64,000 nt of DNA. It comes from Eledone cirrhosa. Taxonomy: Eukaryota. Position numbers and translations under genes: made by a program. Positions within the stretch are counted from its first letter, which is position 1. Each line of letters opens with the position of its first letter. The stretch lies in NCBI GenBank assembly GCA_964016885.1, contig OZ024754.1:4340001-4404000 (forward strand), in the 5' to 3' direction. The notes under the pieces are model-generated. The model saw nothing but the letters and a program-made list of their open reading frames with translations. It made no database searches and had not been told where the DNA came from. Of this stretch, positions 1 through 12,919 are shown piece by piece.

Positions 1-457
1 ACTGTGGTAATTGGAGGCCTTGTGCCAAAAGTAGAAACAATTATATATATATAAAGATTATATAACAGGCTGAATGAGTTGGGGTGCATAATCTAACGAA
101 ACTTTACCTGTATATGTCGCTGGTGTAACTAATTTTCATTAATTCGTCCTATGGACTGAATGTTCTTAACCTATATATACAATTATATCTGTATATTTCT
201 AACTGTTGGTCAATTAATGATAAACATTGATTACCAGATTAATTAACTATGGAGATATAAATGATACAGAAGCGAAACCAACCCAAACCAAACAGTGAGT
301 GTCTTTTATTATTATTTCTGGCAATATTATAACAATATGACCCTCCCCAAATATAACAATATATAGGCTTAAAAATGGAATGAGAATAAGAAGAAAGCAA
401 GAACGGGGTGGGGGAGTTTTCCTCATCAGTTGTCTACGTTTCAACGCTTTAAAGACA

Positions 458-495
<38 letters not shown>

Positions 496-496
<1 letters not shown>

Positions 497-754
497 AAGA
501 TGAAATCGAAAATGCAACTGGAGTCTTATTTTTAAAAAAAATATATATATTTATTTGGTTCCTTTACCGGTTTCGCAGTTCTTCTGCTTTTCAAAAGTAG
601 AGTTGAGATGGAGGGTCTGTGGTTTTTCTCACAGACCCTCCATCTCAACTCTACTTTTGAAAAGCAGAAGAACTGCGAAACCGGTAAAGGAACCAAATAA
701 ATATATATATTTAAAAAAAAATAAGACTCCAGTTGCATTTTCGATTTCATCTTT
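496..754. repeat. Long near-perfect inverted repeat (~125-bp arms, 8-nt spacer)
   Basis: 496-621 is the reverse complement of 630-754 apart from an A/T-run difference. Confidence 0.95.
654..689 (+). ncRNA. Minimal hammerhead, U3-A8 core variant (mirror copy at 562-597 on minus)
   Basis: CUU-UUGAAAA-[GCAG aagaa CUGC]-GAAA-CCGG-UA^-AAG; palindromic CCGG loop III, short stem I. Confidence 0.6.
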
Positions 755-2522
755 TTTTCTTTATACTTTCACTCGTGTAGGACACCTCGGTTATTTTTCA
801 TTTTGTAAAAAAACCCCTCACTTTCTAATATATCTCTCTCTATATATATATGTGCCCAGAGATATTGAGATAGAACACCATTAACTAAGAAGGGTGATTC
901 TGACTCGAATGAAATCGTTTGCAAACATATAGAATAAATGCGCACACCTTCGTCCGTTTATTTCGTCATAATTTTATTTGAGTTCAATTTTAGAACTTTC
1001 TTCTGGGATAGTTGTGTTCGTGTGTGACGGGCGGAAACATGTTGTACAGTTAATATAATATAGATTGTTAATATTATTATTATCATCATCATCGCCGGTT
1101 GTTCTCGCGCTGTCGTAACAGCCGGATGTGAAATGCAAAAGACATATTGTGTGTCAGGATGGCGCCCCTACGTCTCCATTAGGGGTTAAGGACCTTTTTA
1201 CATTTACCTATATATATAATTAATCTTACGTTTGCATGCAACAAAATACATGCACACACACACACACACATATGTGTGTGTGTGTATAATTAATCTTAGG
1301 CCTTATTACATACATGCATCGAAATACACACACACACACACACACACAATGTGAGTGCGCAATAGCCAGCAGACAAGAAATACACTCACACCCTGCACAC
1401 ATAGAGAGAAAGACCAACAGACACACCGACAGACAGGCAGGCATACATACATACAGACAGACACGGGTACATGCGGACAAACTGACAAACTGACAACAAG
1501 CAGAAGGACCAACAAACGTATACATACATACAGCATGTAAAAACAACAACAACAACAACAACAAAATAGACCATCATTTAGTGACATCCTTATGTTTCCC
1601 TCCCTCTACCAACCCTCCTCCTTTCGATGGTAGCAGTGAGAGGTGTGGCGATCCATGCTCGAGAGTTTATTCTCATTGTTTTCTTTTCGCTTCGTTTTAT
1701 TTGTTATTATTATTATTTTTTCTATGTTTACTATTTATATATTATTGTTTTCCGTATTTTCATCTGGCATTCATCTAATCCGCTCAGTTGTCCTTTGCCG
1801 AAGAAAGAAGGGCAAACATATGCCAAGAGGCCATACAGAGGCGGTAGTATACACTATGATTAAAGACTTTCACCTGATCTATCGCGTTTCATTGCTTACG
1901 ACGCCATTTTGTTTATATATTTTATTTATTTATTACTAGTTTTATATTCTTTTATATCATTTATTTTGTCTTTTCTTGTTCCTATGGGATGGGCGGTAGT
2001 TTTTTTCTGTCCGTATTGTTCCTGTGCAATGGTTTACCTTCCAAATCCTATTGTCACCAATGGCGTGTTTTTGTCCCTCACTCGTATTGTTGTTACCTTG
2101 CTTCTGCTGATGCTGTTGCTACAACTGCTGCTGCTGCTGTTGCTGCAGTTGTGTATATGTAATTCTCTTTATTTCTTCTCCTTCTTCATCATATTCCACC
2201 ATTGATGATTTCATAAAAAAAAAAATCAGTCACTGGCAAAGATGATAATTATACTAATGCTCTTGATGATGGTGATGATGGTGATGATGGTGATGATGTT
2301 GATGGTGATGATAGTGATGGTGATGGTGTCTCTGATTATCATGGCGGTCATAATTCGAATTTCTAAGTTTCGTTTTCGTTGTTTTTGGTCGTCTTATTGA
2401 TCTCCATATACAATTGCTAATTATTGATAGTTATGAGCGTCTGTAGTGTACAGTGTGTGTGTGTGTGTGTGTGCATGTGTGTGCATGTATGTGTGTCTGA
2501 TTATGTGTATGTTGTTGTGTGA

Positions 2523-2585
<63 letters not shown>

Positions 2586-2989
2586 TGTTTGTGTATACAC
2601 ATATATTGCCGCTTCAATTTTTGATAATAGTGGGGTTTTGGTTGCTTTTTCTCAGATCGAGTGACCTCGTTGAGGGTATCTCGTGAGTGTGCGAGTGTGT
2701 GTGAGTGTCTGTGTGTGTGTGAGTGTGTGTGAGTGAGTGTCTGTGTGTGAGTGTGTGTGAGTGTGTGTGAGTGTCTGTGTGTGTTTGTGAGTGCGTCTAT
2801 ACCTTTTACGTACACATACACTGCTTATATAAGAGGAACAAATAAACAGAATAAGGTATATATGTATAGCAGAGAAACGTCTACTGAACGCCTAGAAAGA
2901 TAGGAATATCAAAATATAGTTTGAAACTGTGGTGCTATTGAGTTAGACATGGCCTGGGCCAATACTGGCCGAAACCTATCAATGTAAGT

Positions 2990-3020
<31 letters not shown>

Positions 3021-3258
3021 ACGGCGATGAATTAGTTTTGCGAGGTTTTTGATATATACACACACACAAACGCATGTGCAAAGAAGAGAAAATAAAATAA
3101 ACAAATAAATAAATATATAAACAGACTAAATAAAGATGGCGTAGAAAATACAATGCAACGGGAGGAAACAATAGCACCACTGACGATGTTGCAGATGTGC
3201 AACGAAAGAACTTTGATAAACTATATATATGTGTTTGTGTCTATATTGTATCAAGTAT

Positions 3259-3327
<69 letters not shown>

Positions 3328-3329
3328 TT

Positions 3330-3367
<38 letters not shown>

Positions 3368-3458
3368 CAAAAGGGATATTCAATTAGATGGTAATTCAAC
3401 AAATATAAATGTTTATAACTGATTCAGAGCACTCGACAAGTTTTCTGGAGTATAATAT

Positions 3459-3652
<194 letters not shown>

Positions 3653-3775
3653 CTGTGTGTGATGAAAGGTAGGATTTGAACACAGAGAGAACCAGAACGA
3701 ATATTAAAGGGACATACTATCGGTCGCTCTAATTAGTCTGCCATTTCTAAACATTACACATATATATATATATAT

Positions 3776-3983
3776 ATAGGAACCAGTAAGACCCCGACGG
3801 CTGAGCTCAAGCCGTTTCGACGGCTAATTCTGGACTAAATGCATTTAGTCCAGAATTAGCCGTCGAAACGGCTTGAGCTCAGCCGTCGGGGTCTTACTGG
3901 TTCCTATTACCCACTCTACTACCCCAAGTATTGAGTACTTTGGTGCGTTATGGTCCACCTGGTTCCTTACCACATTTCCTTCG
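3776..3983. repeat. Spacerless 132-bp palindrome (3776-3907) with a unique tail, in (TA)n
   Basis: Centre ctaaatGCatttag; second copy of the whole unit at 12721-12919. Confidence 0.95.
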
Positions 3984-4021
<38 letters not shown>

Positions 4022-4511
4022 GATTCTGTGTGGTTTTTAACGTTTGTGTTCTTACATATAGAACCTGAATTGGTGAAAAATAGGATTTGAACACAAGTAC
4101 AAAAAATGGAATAAGTACCGCAAGCATTCTACCCGATGTTCTAAAGACCCTGATAATTTGATACTATATATATCCATGTGTATGATATGTGTGTGTGTGC
4201 GTGCGGCTTTGCATGTGTGCGTGCGGCTTTGCATGTGTGTGAATGTGTATGTGAGTGCACGGTTCTTTACGTGTGTGTTATAGCGTGTGTTCTCGTTTAT
4301 GTGTGTGTGTGTGTCTTTAAATGTGTTCCAATGTAAATTTCAGTGTGAGTGCACGATTCTTTACGTGGGTGTAATATTGTGTGTGTGCTTGTGTATGTGT
4401 GTATGTGTGTGTGTGTGTGTGTCTTTAAATGTGTTCCAATGTGTGTAACTCTCAGTGTATGATATATATATATATATATGTATGCGGATGTGCAGTACTT
4501 TACGTGTGAGT

Positions 4512-4587
<76 letters not shown>

Positions 4588-4747
4588 AATAATATAGCCA
4601 AGTATCCCACGGCCAAGACCTTCCACGTAGGTCTCAGCAGTTTGCAATGACAAAGCCGGGTATGGGTACAGCTTGGAGCAACCCACGGTATCCAGTGAAA
4701 CAGGAGCTACGTGAAGAAAGAAGTAACAACACTTATTGTTTCGATAG

Positions 4748-5845
4748 AGGTGGCGGCGGTAGTGGTGGTGGTGGTGGTGGTAGTGGTAGTGGTGGTGGTG
4801 GTGGTGGTGGTGGTGGTGGTGGTGGCGTGTAGCTGTCGCTGCAGTGGTGGGAATGATTTTGGTGATGATGGTTGTTATGCTGTTGGTGGTGATGGTGTTT
4901 GGTGGTGGAAGTGTTGGCGGTAGTGGTGGCGGTGGTGATGGTGGTGGCGGTGGCGGCGGTAGTGGTGATGGTGGTGGTGGTGGTGGTGGTGGTGGTAGTG
5001 GTGTTGGTGGTGATGATGGTGATGGTGGTGATGGTATTGGTGGTGATGGTGTTGGTGGTGTCGGTGGTGGTGGCGGCGGTGGTGATGGTGTTGGTGATGA
5101 TGGTGTTGGTGGTGATGGTGGTGTTGGTGGTGATGGTGTTGGTGATGGTGTTGGTGGTGGTGATGGTGTTGATGGTGATGGTGGTGATGGTGGTGATGGT
5201 GGTGTTGGTGGTGCTGCTGCTGGCAGGACAGCGTGGCTAGTATCAGCGGAGGGACAGTATTTCGAGTTGGCGTCTTCGTCGTCGTCGCCTTCATTGCTGT
5301 GCTCTGGGTGGTAGTGGCGGAGGTGTTGATGTAAATTACTGGTTTGGAAAGACTGCAGCTCCACCTCTTCATCACCCCTTCCTCCTCCTCATCATCATCC
5401 TTGCTTCTGTTAACACTACCACTACCACTACCACTGCTACTACTACCACTATACCACTACCACTGCTACTACTGCGGCAACTGCTACTACCACCCTCACC
5501 AACACTGATACTACTACTATTACCACCACCACTATCATTTTTACTATTGCTACTACTAATATGGCAGCTACAACTACTACTAGTGTTACTACCACAACCG
5601 CCACTGGTGTTACTACTATTGCTATTAGTACTGCGACAACTACTACTACCACCCCCACCAATAATGATACTACTACTACTACCACTGCTACCACCACTTC
5701 TACTACTGCTACTACTAACATGGCAGCTACAACTACTCTTACTACCACAACTACCACTGGTATTACTACTACTGCTACTACTAATACAGCAACTACTACT
5801 ACCACCACCGCTGCTATTTCTACTACTACTACTATTACTATTACT
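4748..5845. repeat. (GGT)n and (ACT)n trinucleotide tracts flanking a ~190-bp unique island
   Basis: Direct inspection. Confidence 0.9.
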
Positions 5846-5864
5846 TTGAATGAAAGAAGAAGAA

Positions 5865-5960
5865 CGTTAATTAAATCGACCCCAGTGGTACTTCATTTGA
5901 TCGACCCAGAAAAGATGAGCGGCAAAATTGACTTCGGCGGGATTTGAACTCAGAACGTAA
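5865..5960 (-). mobile_element. SINE family A fragment
   Basis: tcgacccc...ggcaaa...cggcgggatttgaactcag. Confidence 0.7.
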
Positions 5961-6599
5961 ATATATATAACAAATACCATGAACCATATTTAATGGTTAA
6001 GCTCCGAATACAATATGATGAAATGATATTAAATACTGATTTACTTGGCATCCTACCAAGTTGCATCTAATAGGAAGATTTTTCGGTGTTTTAATGACAA
6101 GGATTCTAGTCCCTTCATGAAAGCAAATTAAAAGGAAGCATCAAGCTCAATAATACCACAAGCTGCTGGATCCAATAATCAAACCCACTACCTTTTAATC
6201 GTGTTCCCAGCACCCTATCCCCTAAACCACGCGCTTTCACAATGTACTGTCATGGATGAGACCTGATTTAATTCAGGGCTGGAGTTATTTTATATTACTT
6301 AATCTATTAACGCACTTTGGATAAAGCTCCAAACTAATCACTCCCCATTCCCTATACACATAAAATATATTGTTGAAGTGTTAAGTGCAAAGAAAGTAAT
6401 ATTACTACTAGCGATATTACTGCTGAACAGCAATGAATTTTGGTCATGGATGGCCGATTTAGTAAAGTGGCGTTGAAAATGGCGTCGGATAATCAACGAC
6501 ATAGCATTATGATCTACTTTTAAGTATCACCAAGAGTTTACTTTACATCCCTCAAAGGTTGTTATTGTTCAGCTCTAATCTAAGACTTTTCAGCTGTGT

Positions 6600-6950
6600 C
6601 CATCCTGTCTTAAGCTCTCTGCTTTCCACTTTTCTGTTTCCTAAGCTCATAACTGCTGAAGCATACAGAAAAAGCATTCTTCTTCTTCTTGGCCCACTTA
6701 TTCCTGAGAGGGTCTCTCGAAGCTGAGTCCTCAAACACGCCTTCAAGCGGGTCCTATCAGAAGCAACCGTCCCCAACTGATCTGGCTGGATCGCCAAGCG
6801 TGGCGAGTCAAGCTCATGGATGTTGTTGCTCGGGGTCCACCCCTGGATATCCTGTCAGTTGGTTTTGCCTGTAAAATCTGTCCAACGATAACATGCCCAT
6901 AGTATCGGAGCTGTAGCAACAGAAAAAGAATTTCCTTACAATTCACCAGG
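6600..6950 (-). pseudogene. Degraded RTE-like LINE C-terminal fragment
   Basis: QLRYYGHV...ILQAKP...SRGGPR, then in another frame TVASDRTRLK; matches the LRWxGHV...RGRP...AxDRxxW pattern with frameshifts. Confidence 0.65.
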
Positions 6951-7868
6951 TGTTAAGTAAATCTCACTTCTCATCCTCGAAACATTCGTAACATCAACAT
7001 TCTTGTTCCTACGGTCATATCACAGGAGTATGCCTTATTTCTTCAATACAACAAGTTAGATTTTACCAATTCGACTAGATGATCTTCAACCACAAACATC
7101 TTCAAGCATTCAACAATACACTCTTGGGACAACATATCGTATGTTTTGGGGACTTTTTTAAAGTACATCCATGCCCTATTTCAGTTTGACCGCCGATATT
7201 TATAGACTTTGATCACTATCATGACTAAAACAAGATGATCCATATTATTGCTATTACTATTATTGTTATTGTTGTTGTCATTATTATTATCGTTATTTTT
7301 AAAAAATCTAGTATTTGTTTGGTTATCGGAGTGTTTTCGCTTTGTCTATTTATATTACATTTTTTTTTTCCATTTTTTTTCTTTTTGTGTGTGTTTCTTT
7401 GCCCTATTTGAAACGTTGCTCCTGACCATCCCATCAGGCCATCAACGCATAATAAAGTCCTAAATGATATGAGATCGTAAACAGAAGTTTAAGAAAAAAA
7501 AAAATGAAAATAAAAATAAAACATACCAAAGCGAAAGAAAAAAAAAAAACTCCAGATAAATCTAAAAGAAGACATGACAATATATAAAATAAAATAATGA
7601 TAAAATAAACAGGAATCGGGCGAATGGTCTATGAGAATGCATGCAGTCATCAGAAAATTGAAATCATCCTGTAATTTCCCTTTCATTTAGAACAGATGGA
7701 AAATAAAATGGCGAATCTGTCGGCATCCTGTTGCGACACAATTCATGTGGCGTGATTGATTCTTCGAAAAAAAAAAAATTGTTCTCAACATTTATCGATT
7801 TTTAGCACCGGAGATACGGATATACATACATACACCAGTGTTTGTATATGTGCGTAAATGTGTATATA

Positions 7869-7928
<60 letters not shown>

Positions 7929-8492
7929 CGTGAAGGGGTGTGTGTGTATGTGCATGTATCTATTATCTGTTTATTGTATATGTGTGTGGGGGTTGGTGAA
8001 CGTATGTCTACATGTACGAACGTATGTGTGTATTATGCAAGTATGTATGTATATATGCTATCGTGTGTGTGTGTGTGTGTGTGTAATACGCATGTATATG
8101 TGTATTATATATGTATATGTGTATTATATATGTATGTGTATTATACATTACTGCTGGTGTTTAGTAACTCACAAATCGCTCTTCAGAGGGAATGTTGTTT
8201 ACAGATTTTGCTGGTAGGAGGCCATTTTGTTTTTAGTTTTTCGTGTTTTTGTTTTTAGTTTTTCGTGTTTTTGTTTTCAGTTTTCAATAAAAGTGTTTTA
8301 AATATACACACGGAATAACTAAAAATTATAGCACCACGAAAAAAAAATCTATTATTACCGTTATCATCATCATCATCATCATCATCAAGAACATAACATT
8401 TCATTGTCATCATCATTACCAACATCATAACATCACCAACATCATCATCATCATCACCAACATCATCATCTCCAACACTTTATCGACATCGC

Positions 8493-8524
<32 letters not shown>

Positions 8525-9097
8525 CCAACATCATATCAGTAACTTCAATGTCATCATCATCTCCCACACCTTATCGACATCGTCGTCGTCGTCATCATCA
8601 TCATCATCATCGCTATCCCCAACATTATATCATCATCACACTCATCACCAACATCATAACATCGTCATCAACAACATCATAACAACCTCACTGTTAGCAT
8701 CACTATCACCAACATAACAATATCATCATCATCATCACCAACATCATCATCTCCAACACTTTATCGACATCGCCATCATCATCATCATCATCATCACTAT
8801 CACCAACATAACAACATCATCATCACTATCACCAACATAACAACATCATCATCACTATCACCAACATAACATCATCAACATCACCATCACCAACATAACA
8901 GCATCATCATCACTATCACCAACATAACAACATCATCATCACTATCACCAACATCATAACATCTTCCTTGTTATCATCATCAATATCCATCATCATCAAA
9001 GTCAACACCCTATTCCCCCCTCATCAACAATTTCAACGATAACTTCCTCCTCTTCTTCATCACACTCATCATTTTCCTTATCTCAAACATTTCAAAC

Positions 9098-9225
9098 ATC
9101 ACCATACTCACTATATCGATCATCACCATCACCATACTCACTATATCGATCATCACCATCACCATACTCACTATATCGATCATCACCATCACCATACTCA
9201 CTATATCGATCATCACCATCACCAT
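9098..9225. repeat. 30-bp tandem repeat x4 within a (CAT/CAC)n region
   Basis: accatactcactatatcgatcatcaccatc. Confidence 0.9.
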
Positions 9226-9589
9226 AATCACCACCACCACCAACATTACCCATATACACATCAAGGATTATATGTTTATCGATTTTATATTTTTAAAAAA
9301 TCAAGATATATAAAATTCAATATAATTTTGTTTTCAAAATTCTTTCTTTAAGGAAGCAACAACTAATCCGAAAATTAATGAACAAGAGAAATGCAGAGAG
9401 AGAGAAACAACATGGTGGTGTTTGGGTGAGGAAGGTGTGTGGCCTGTGGGTTAGAGTGTTTGAGTCAAGATTATAAGGTCCAGGGTTCGGTTCTTGGACC
9501 AGACAGAGGGTTCGATTTTTGAGCGAGATACTCATACACACATTCACATATGCACACATACACCCATAAACACACACATGCACATATAC

Positions 9590-10095
9590 AACCATATACA
9601 CAAACACATAGATATATACACCTATTTACATAAACACATAGATATCTACACCCATACATATATAAACACATAGATATATACACCCATACATACATAAACA
9701 CAGATATATACACCCACACATACATAAACACATATCTACACCTATACACATAAACACATATATATCTACACCTATACATATATAAACACATAGATATACA
9801 CCCATACATATATAAACACATAGATATCTACACCTATACACATAAACACATAGCTATATACACCTAGATATATATATACGTATATAGATATATATATACG
9901 TATATACATAAACACATAGATATATACACCTATACACATAAACACATAGATATATACACATATATACATAAACACATAGATATATACACATATATACATA
10001 AACACATAGATATATACACATATATACATAAAAACACAGATATATACACCTATATACATAAACGCATATATATCTACACCCATACATACATAAAC
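9590..10095. repeat. ~24-bp TA/CA-derived minisatellite (taaacacatagatatatacacc...)
   Basis: Direct inspection. Confidence 0.85.
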
Positions 10096-10199
10096 ATGTA
10101 TAGACCTAAACATGTTTACATATTTCATTATCCTTTCATTTCGTAATCTGTTTACTGTTATTTGATGAGCTAAGCAATACTACCCTACCACTGTGACAG

Positions 10200-11010
10200 A
10201 TGATAAAGACGATGATATTGGTGATGATAATGGCGATGATAATGGTGATGATATTGGTGATGATGATATTGGTGATGATAATGGCGATGATATTGGTGAT
10301 GATAATGACGATGATAATGGCGATGATAATGACGACGATGATGACGATGATAATGGTGATGATAATGACGATGATAATGGCGATGATAATGACGATGATG
10401 ATGACGATGATAATGGTGATGATATTGGTGATGATGATATTGGTGATGATAATGGCGATGATAATGGTGATGATATTGGTGATGATATTGGTGATGATAA
10501 TGGCGATGATATTGGTGATGATAATGGCGATGATAATGGTGATGATATTGGTGATGATAATGGCGATGATAATGGTGATGATAATGACGATGATAATGGC
10601 GATGATAATGACGATGATGATGACGATGATAATGGTGATGATAATGGTGATGATAATGACGATGATAATGGTGATGATAATGGCGATGATATTGGTGATG
10701 ATAATGGCGATGATAATGGTGATGATAATGACGATGATAATGGCGATGATTATGGCGATGATATTGGTGATGATAATGGCGATGATAATGGTGATGATAA
10801 TGACGATGATAATGGCGATGATAATGGCAGGGACAGTGATGAAGATAATGATGATGATGATGATAATGATGTTGGTGTTGATGCTGGTGGTGGCGGTGGG
10901 CATGACGACAGAGACAACGACGATGGTGGTGGTGGTGGCGAGGACAATGGTGGTGGTGGTGGTGGTGGTGATGATGATGATGAGCATGATGATACTGCTG
11001 TTGATGATGA
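10200..11010. repeat. (GAT)n-derived higher-order 12/15-bp repeat
   Basis: Units gatgataatggc / gatgatattggt / gatgataatgac. Confidence 0.9.
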
Positions 11011-12611
11011 TGATGTTAATGTTATTACTATTGCTACCATCGGCTTCCTGTCGTTGTAGACGCTGTGTTGGTTGTTATTGTTGTTGTAGTTGTTGTTGTT
11101 GTGGTTGTTATTGACGTCGTTGTTGTTGTCGTTGTTGTTGTTGTTGTCGTTATTGTAGCCACGATGCACCCCATTGTTTGTAGTCAATCCTTTCACAATA
11201 AGTGTCCGTCCAATACAACAACAACAACAATACACCACAACAACAACAGCAACAACAACAGGCCACAACAACAATAGGCCACAATAACAACAACAACAGA
11301 CCACAACAACAACAACAACAATAGACAACGACAACAACAACAACAACAACAACAACAGACCACAACAACAACAACAACAATAATAATAGGCCACAATAAC
11401 AACAACAACAACAATAGATCACAACAACAGACAACAAGAACGACAACGAAATGTTTAATAGGACATCTCTCTCACATCCTCACTCATTCTTTCACTCACT
11501 CTGTCTCTCTCCCTCACTCACACACTCTCACTCGCTCTCTCTCTCTCATTCTCTCTCACCCCCCACCCTCACGCTCTTCCTTTCACTGCTAAGAACTTAT
11601 ATCGATCTCTTCCGCAACCAATCTATCGGCCATGTTTAGGGCTCTTAAAGAGGGCCTTTTTTTGTTTAGGCCTATAAACGAGTATATCCACAATTCAAGA
11701 TGGTGGCCACTTGCTTTACAACTATTGTCACAGTCCAATCACACTAACAATAAACTAACAGCTGGTGCCACGGAAATTCTTTTTTATTTTTACTTTTGTT
11801 TCCACTTCATCTGATTTCAGTGTTTTTGTTGTTTTAGTTGTGTTGTAATTTTTATATTAGTTTTTTTTATTGTTGTTTTTGTGTGTGTGTGTGTGTGTTT
11901 TCTTCCATGTAAGATGTAGAAGGAAGTTTGTTATTGTTTCCGCCTATGTATATATTTGTGTGTGTGTGAGTGTGCGTGTGCGTGTGTGTGTGTTTACTAT
12001 ATTGTGGTTGGTTGTACGTCTGAGAGCGTGTGTATGTGTGTTTGAGTGCGTGTGTTTATTTGAGTCTTTTTCTGTGTGTAGTATTGTATGTCTGTGTGTG
12101 TTTACTACATTGTAGTTGGTTGTACGTCTGAGAGCGTGTGTGTGTGAGTGTTTGAGTGCGTGTGTGTATATGAGTCTTTCTCTGTGTGTAGTATTGTATG
12201 TATGTGTGTGTGTGTGTGTGTGTAGACGTGTAAATGTGTCAAGTATGTCAGTTTGCTTGAATGCAAATTTGTATGTATGTTTAACAGCACGTGTCCAGAT
12301 ACCTACATACATACGCAAACACACACACACCTACACATACAGATGGACAGACACATATATAAGAAAAACAAACTTTCGTTTATTTATATGTATTTATGTT
12401 TGTATTGTGTATCGACGTATTCCGCGAGTTTCGGAGATGTTTGACTCAAGACCAACCATGGAAGTTGCTCGCAGACTTATCAGACAGGATTTATTCAATG
12501 ACCCTGTCAGCAAGCTAACTGAAACTCCTGAGTAATAAACTCACTATTTAGCCATGATAAATGAATATTTAAACTCTACTTCGGTACATCTGTCTCACGG
12601 TCGTCAACTAC

Positions 12612-12643
<32 letters not shown>

Positions 12644-12660
12644 GCTACATATATATTATG

Positions 12661-12720
<60 letters not shown>

Positions 12721-12721
<1 letters not shown>

Positions 12722-12919
12722 GAACGAGTAGGACCCCGACGGGTGAGCTCAAGCCGTTTCTACGGCTAATTCTGGACATTTTAGTCCAGAATTAGCTGTC
12801 GAAACGGCTTGAGCTCAGCCGTCGGGGTCCTACCCGTTCCTATTACCCACTCTACTACCCTAAGTATTGAGTACTTTGGTGCGTTATGGTCCACCTGGTT
12901 CCTTACCACATTTCCTTCG
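12721..12919. repeat. Second, more diverged copy of the 3776 palindromic element
   Basis: Same arms and same tail (ttacccactctactacc...ttccttcg); flanked by (TA)n. Confidence 0.9.

Noticed and set aside
2955-2990. Hammerhead-like GGCCA auac UGGCC-GAAA-CCUA-UC
   Set aside because: No CUGANGA core and no convincing stem I; at most a decayed remnant.
4297-5364. 355-aa Pro/His-rich ORF
   Set aside because: Mostly (CCA)n and (CA)n; stops just upstream in frame; only two short unique islands, noted separately.
10136-11114. Asp/Gly/Asn-rich biomineralisation-like ORF
   Set aside because: GAT-based repeat open in several frames and both strands; no unique coding context.
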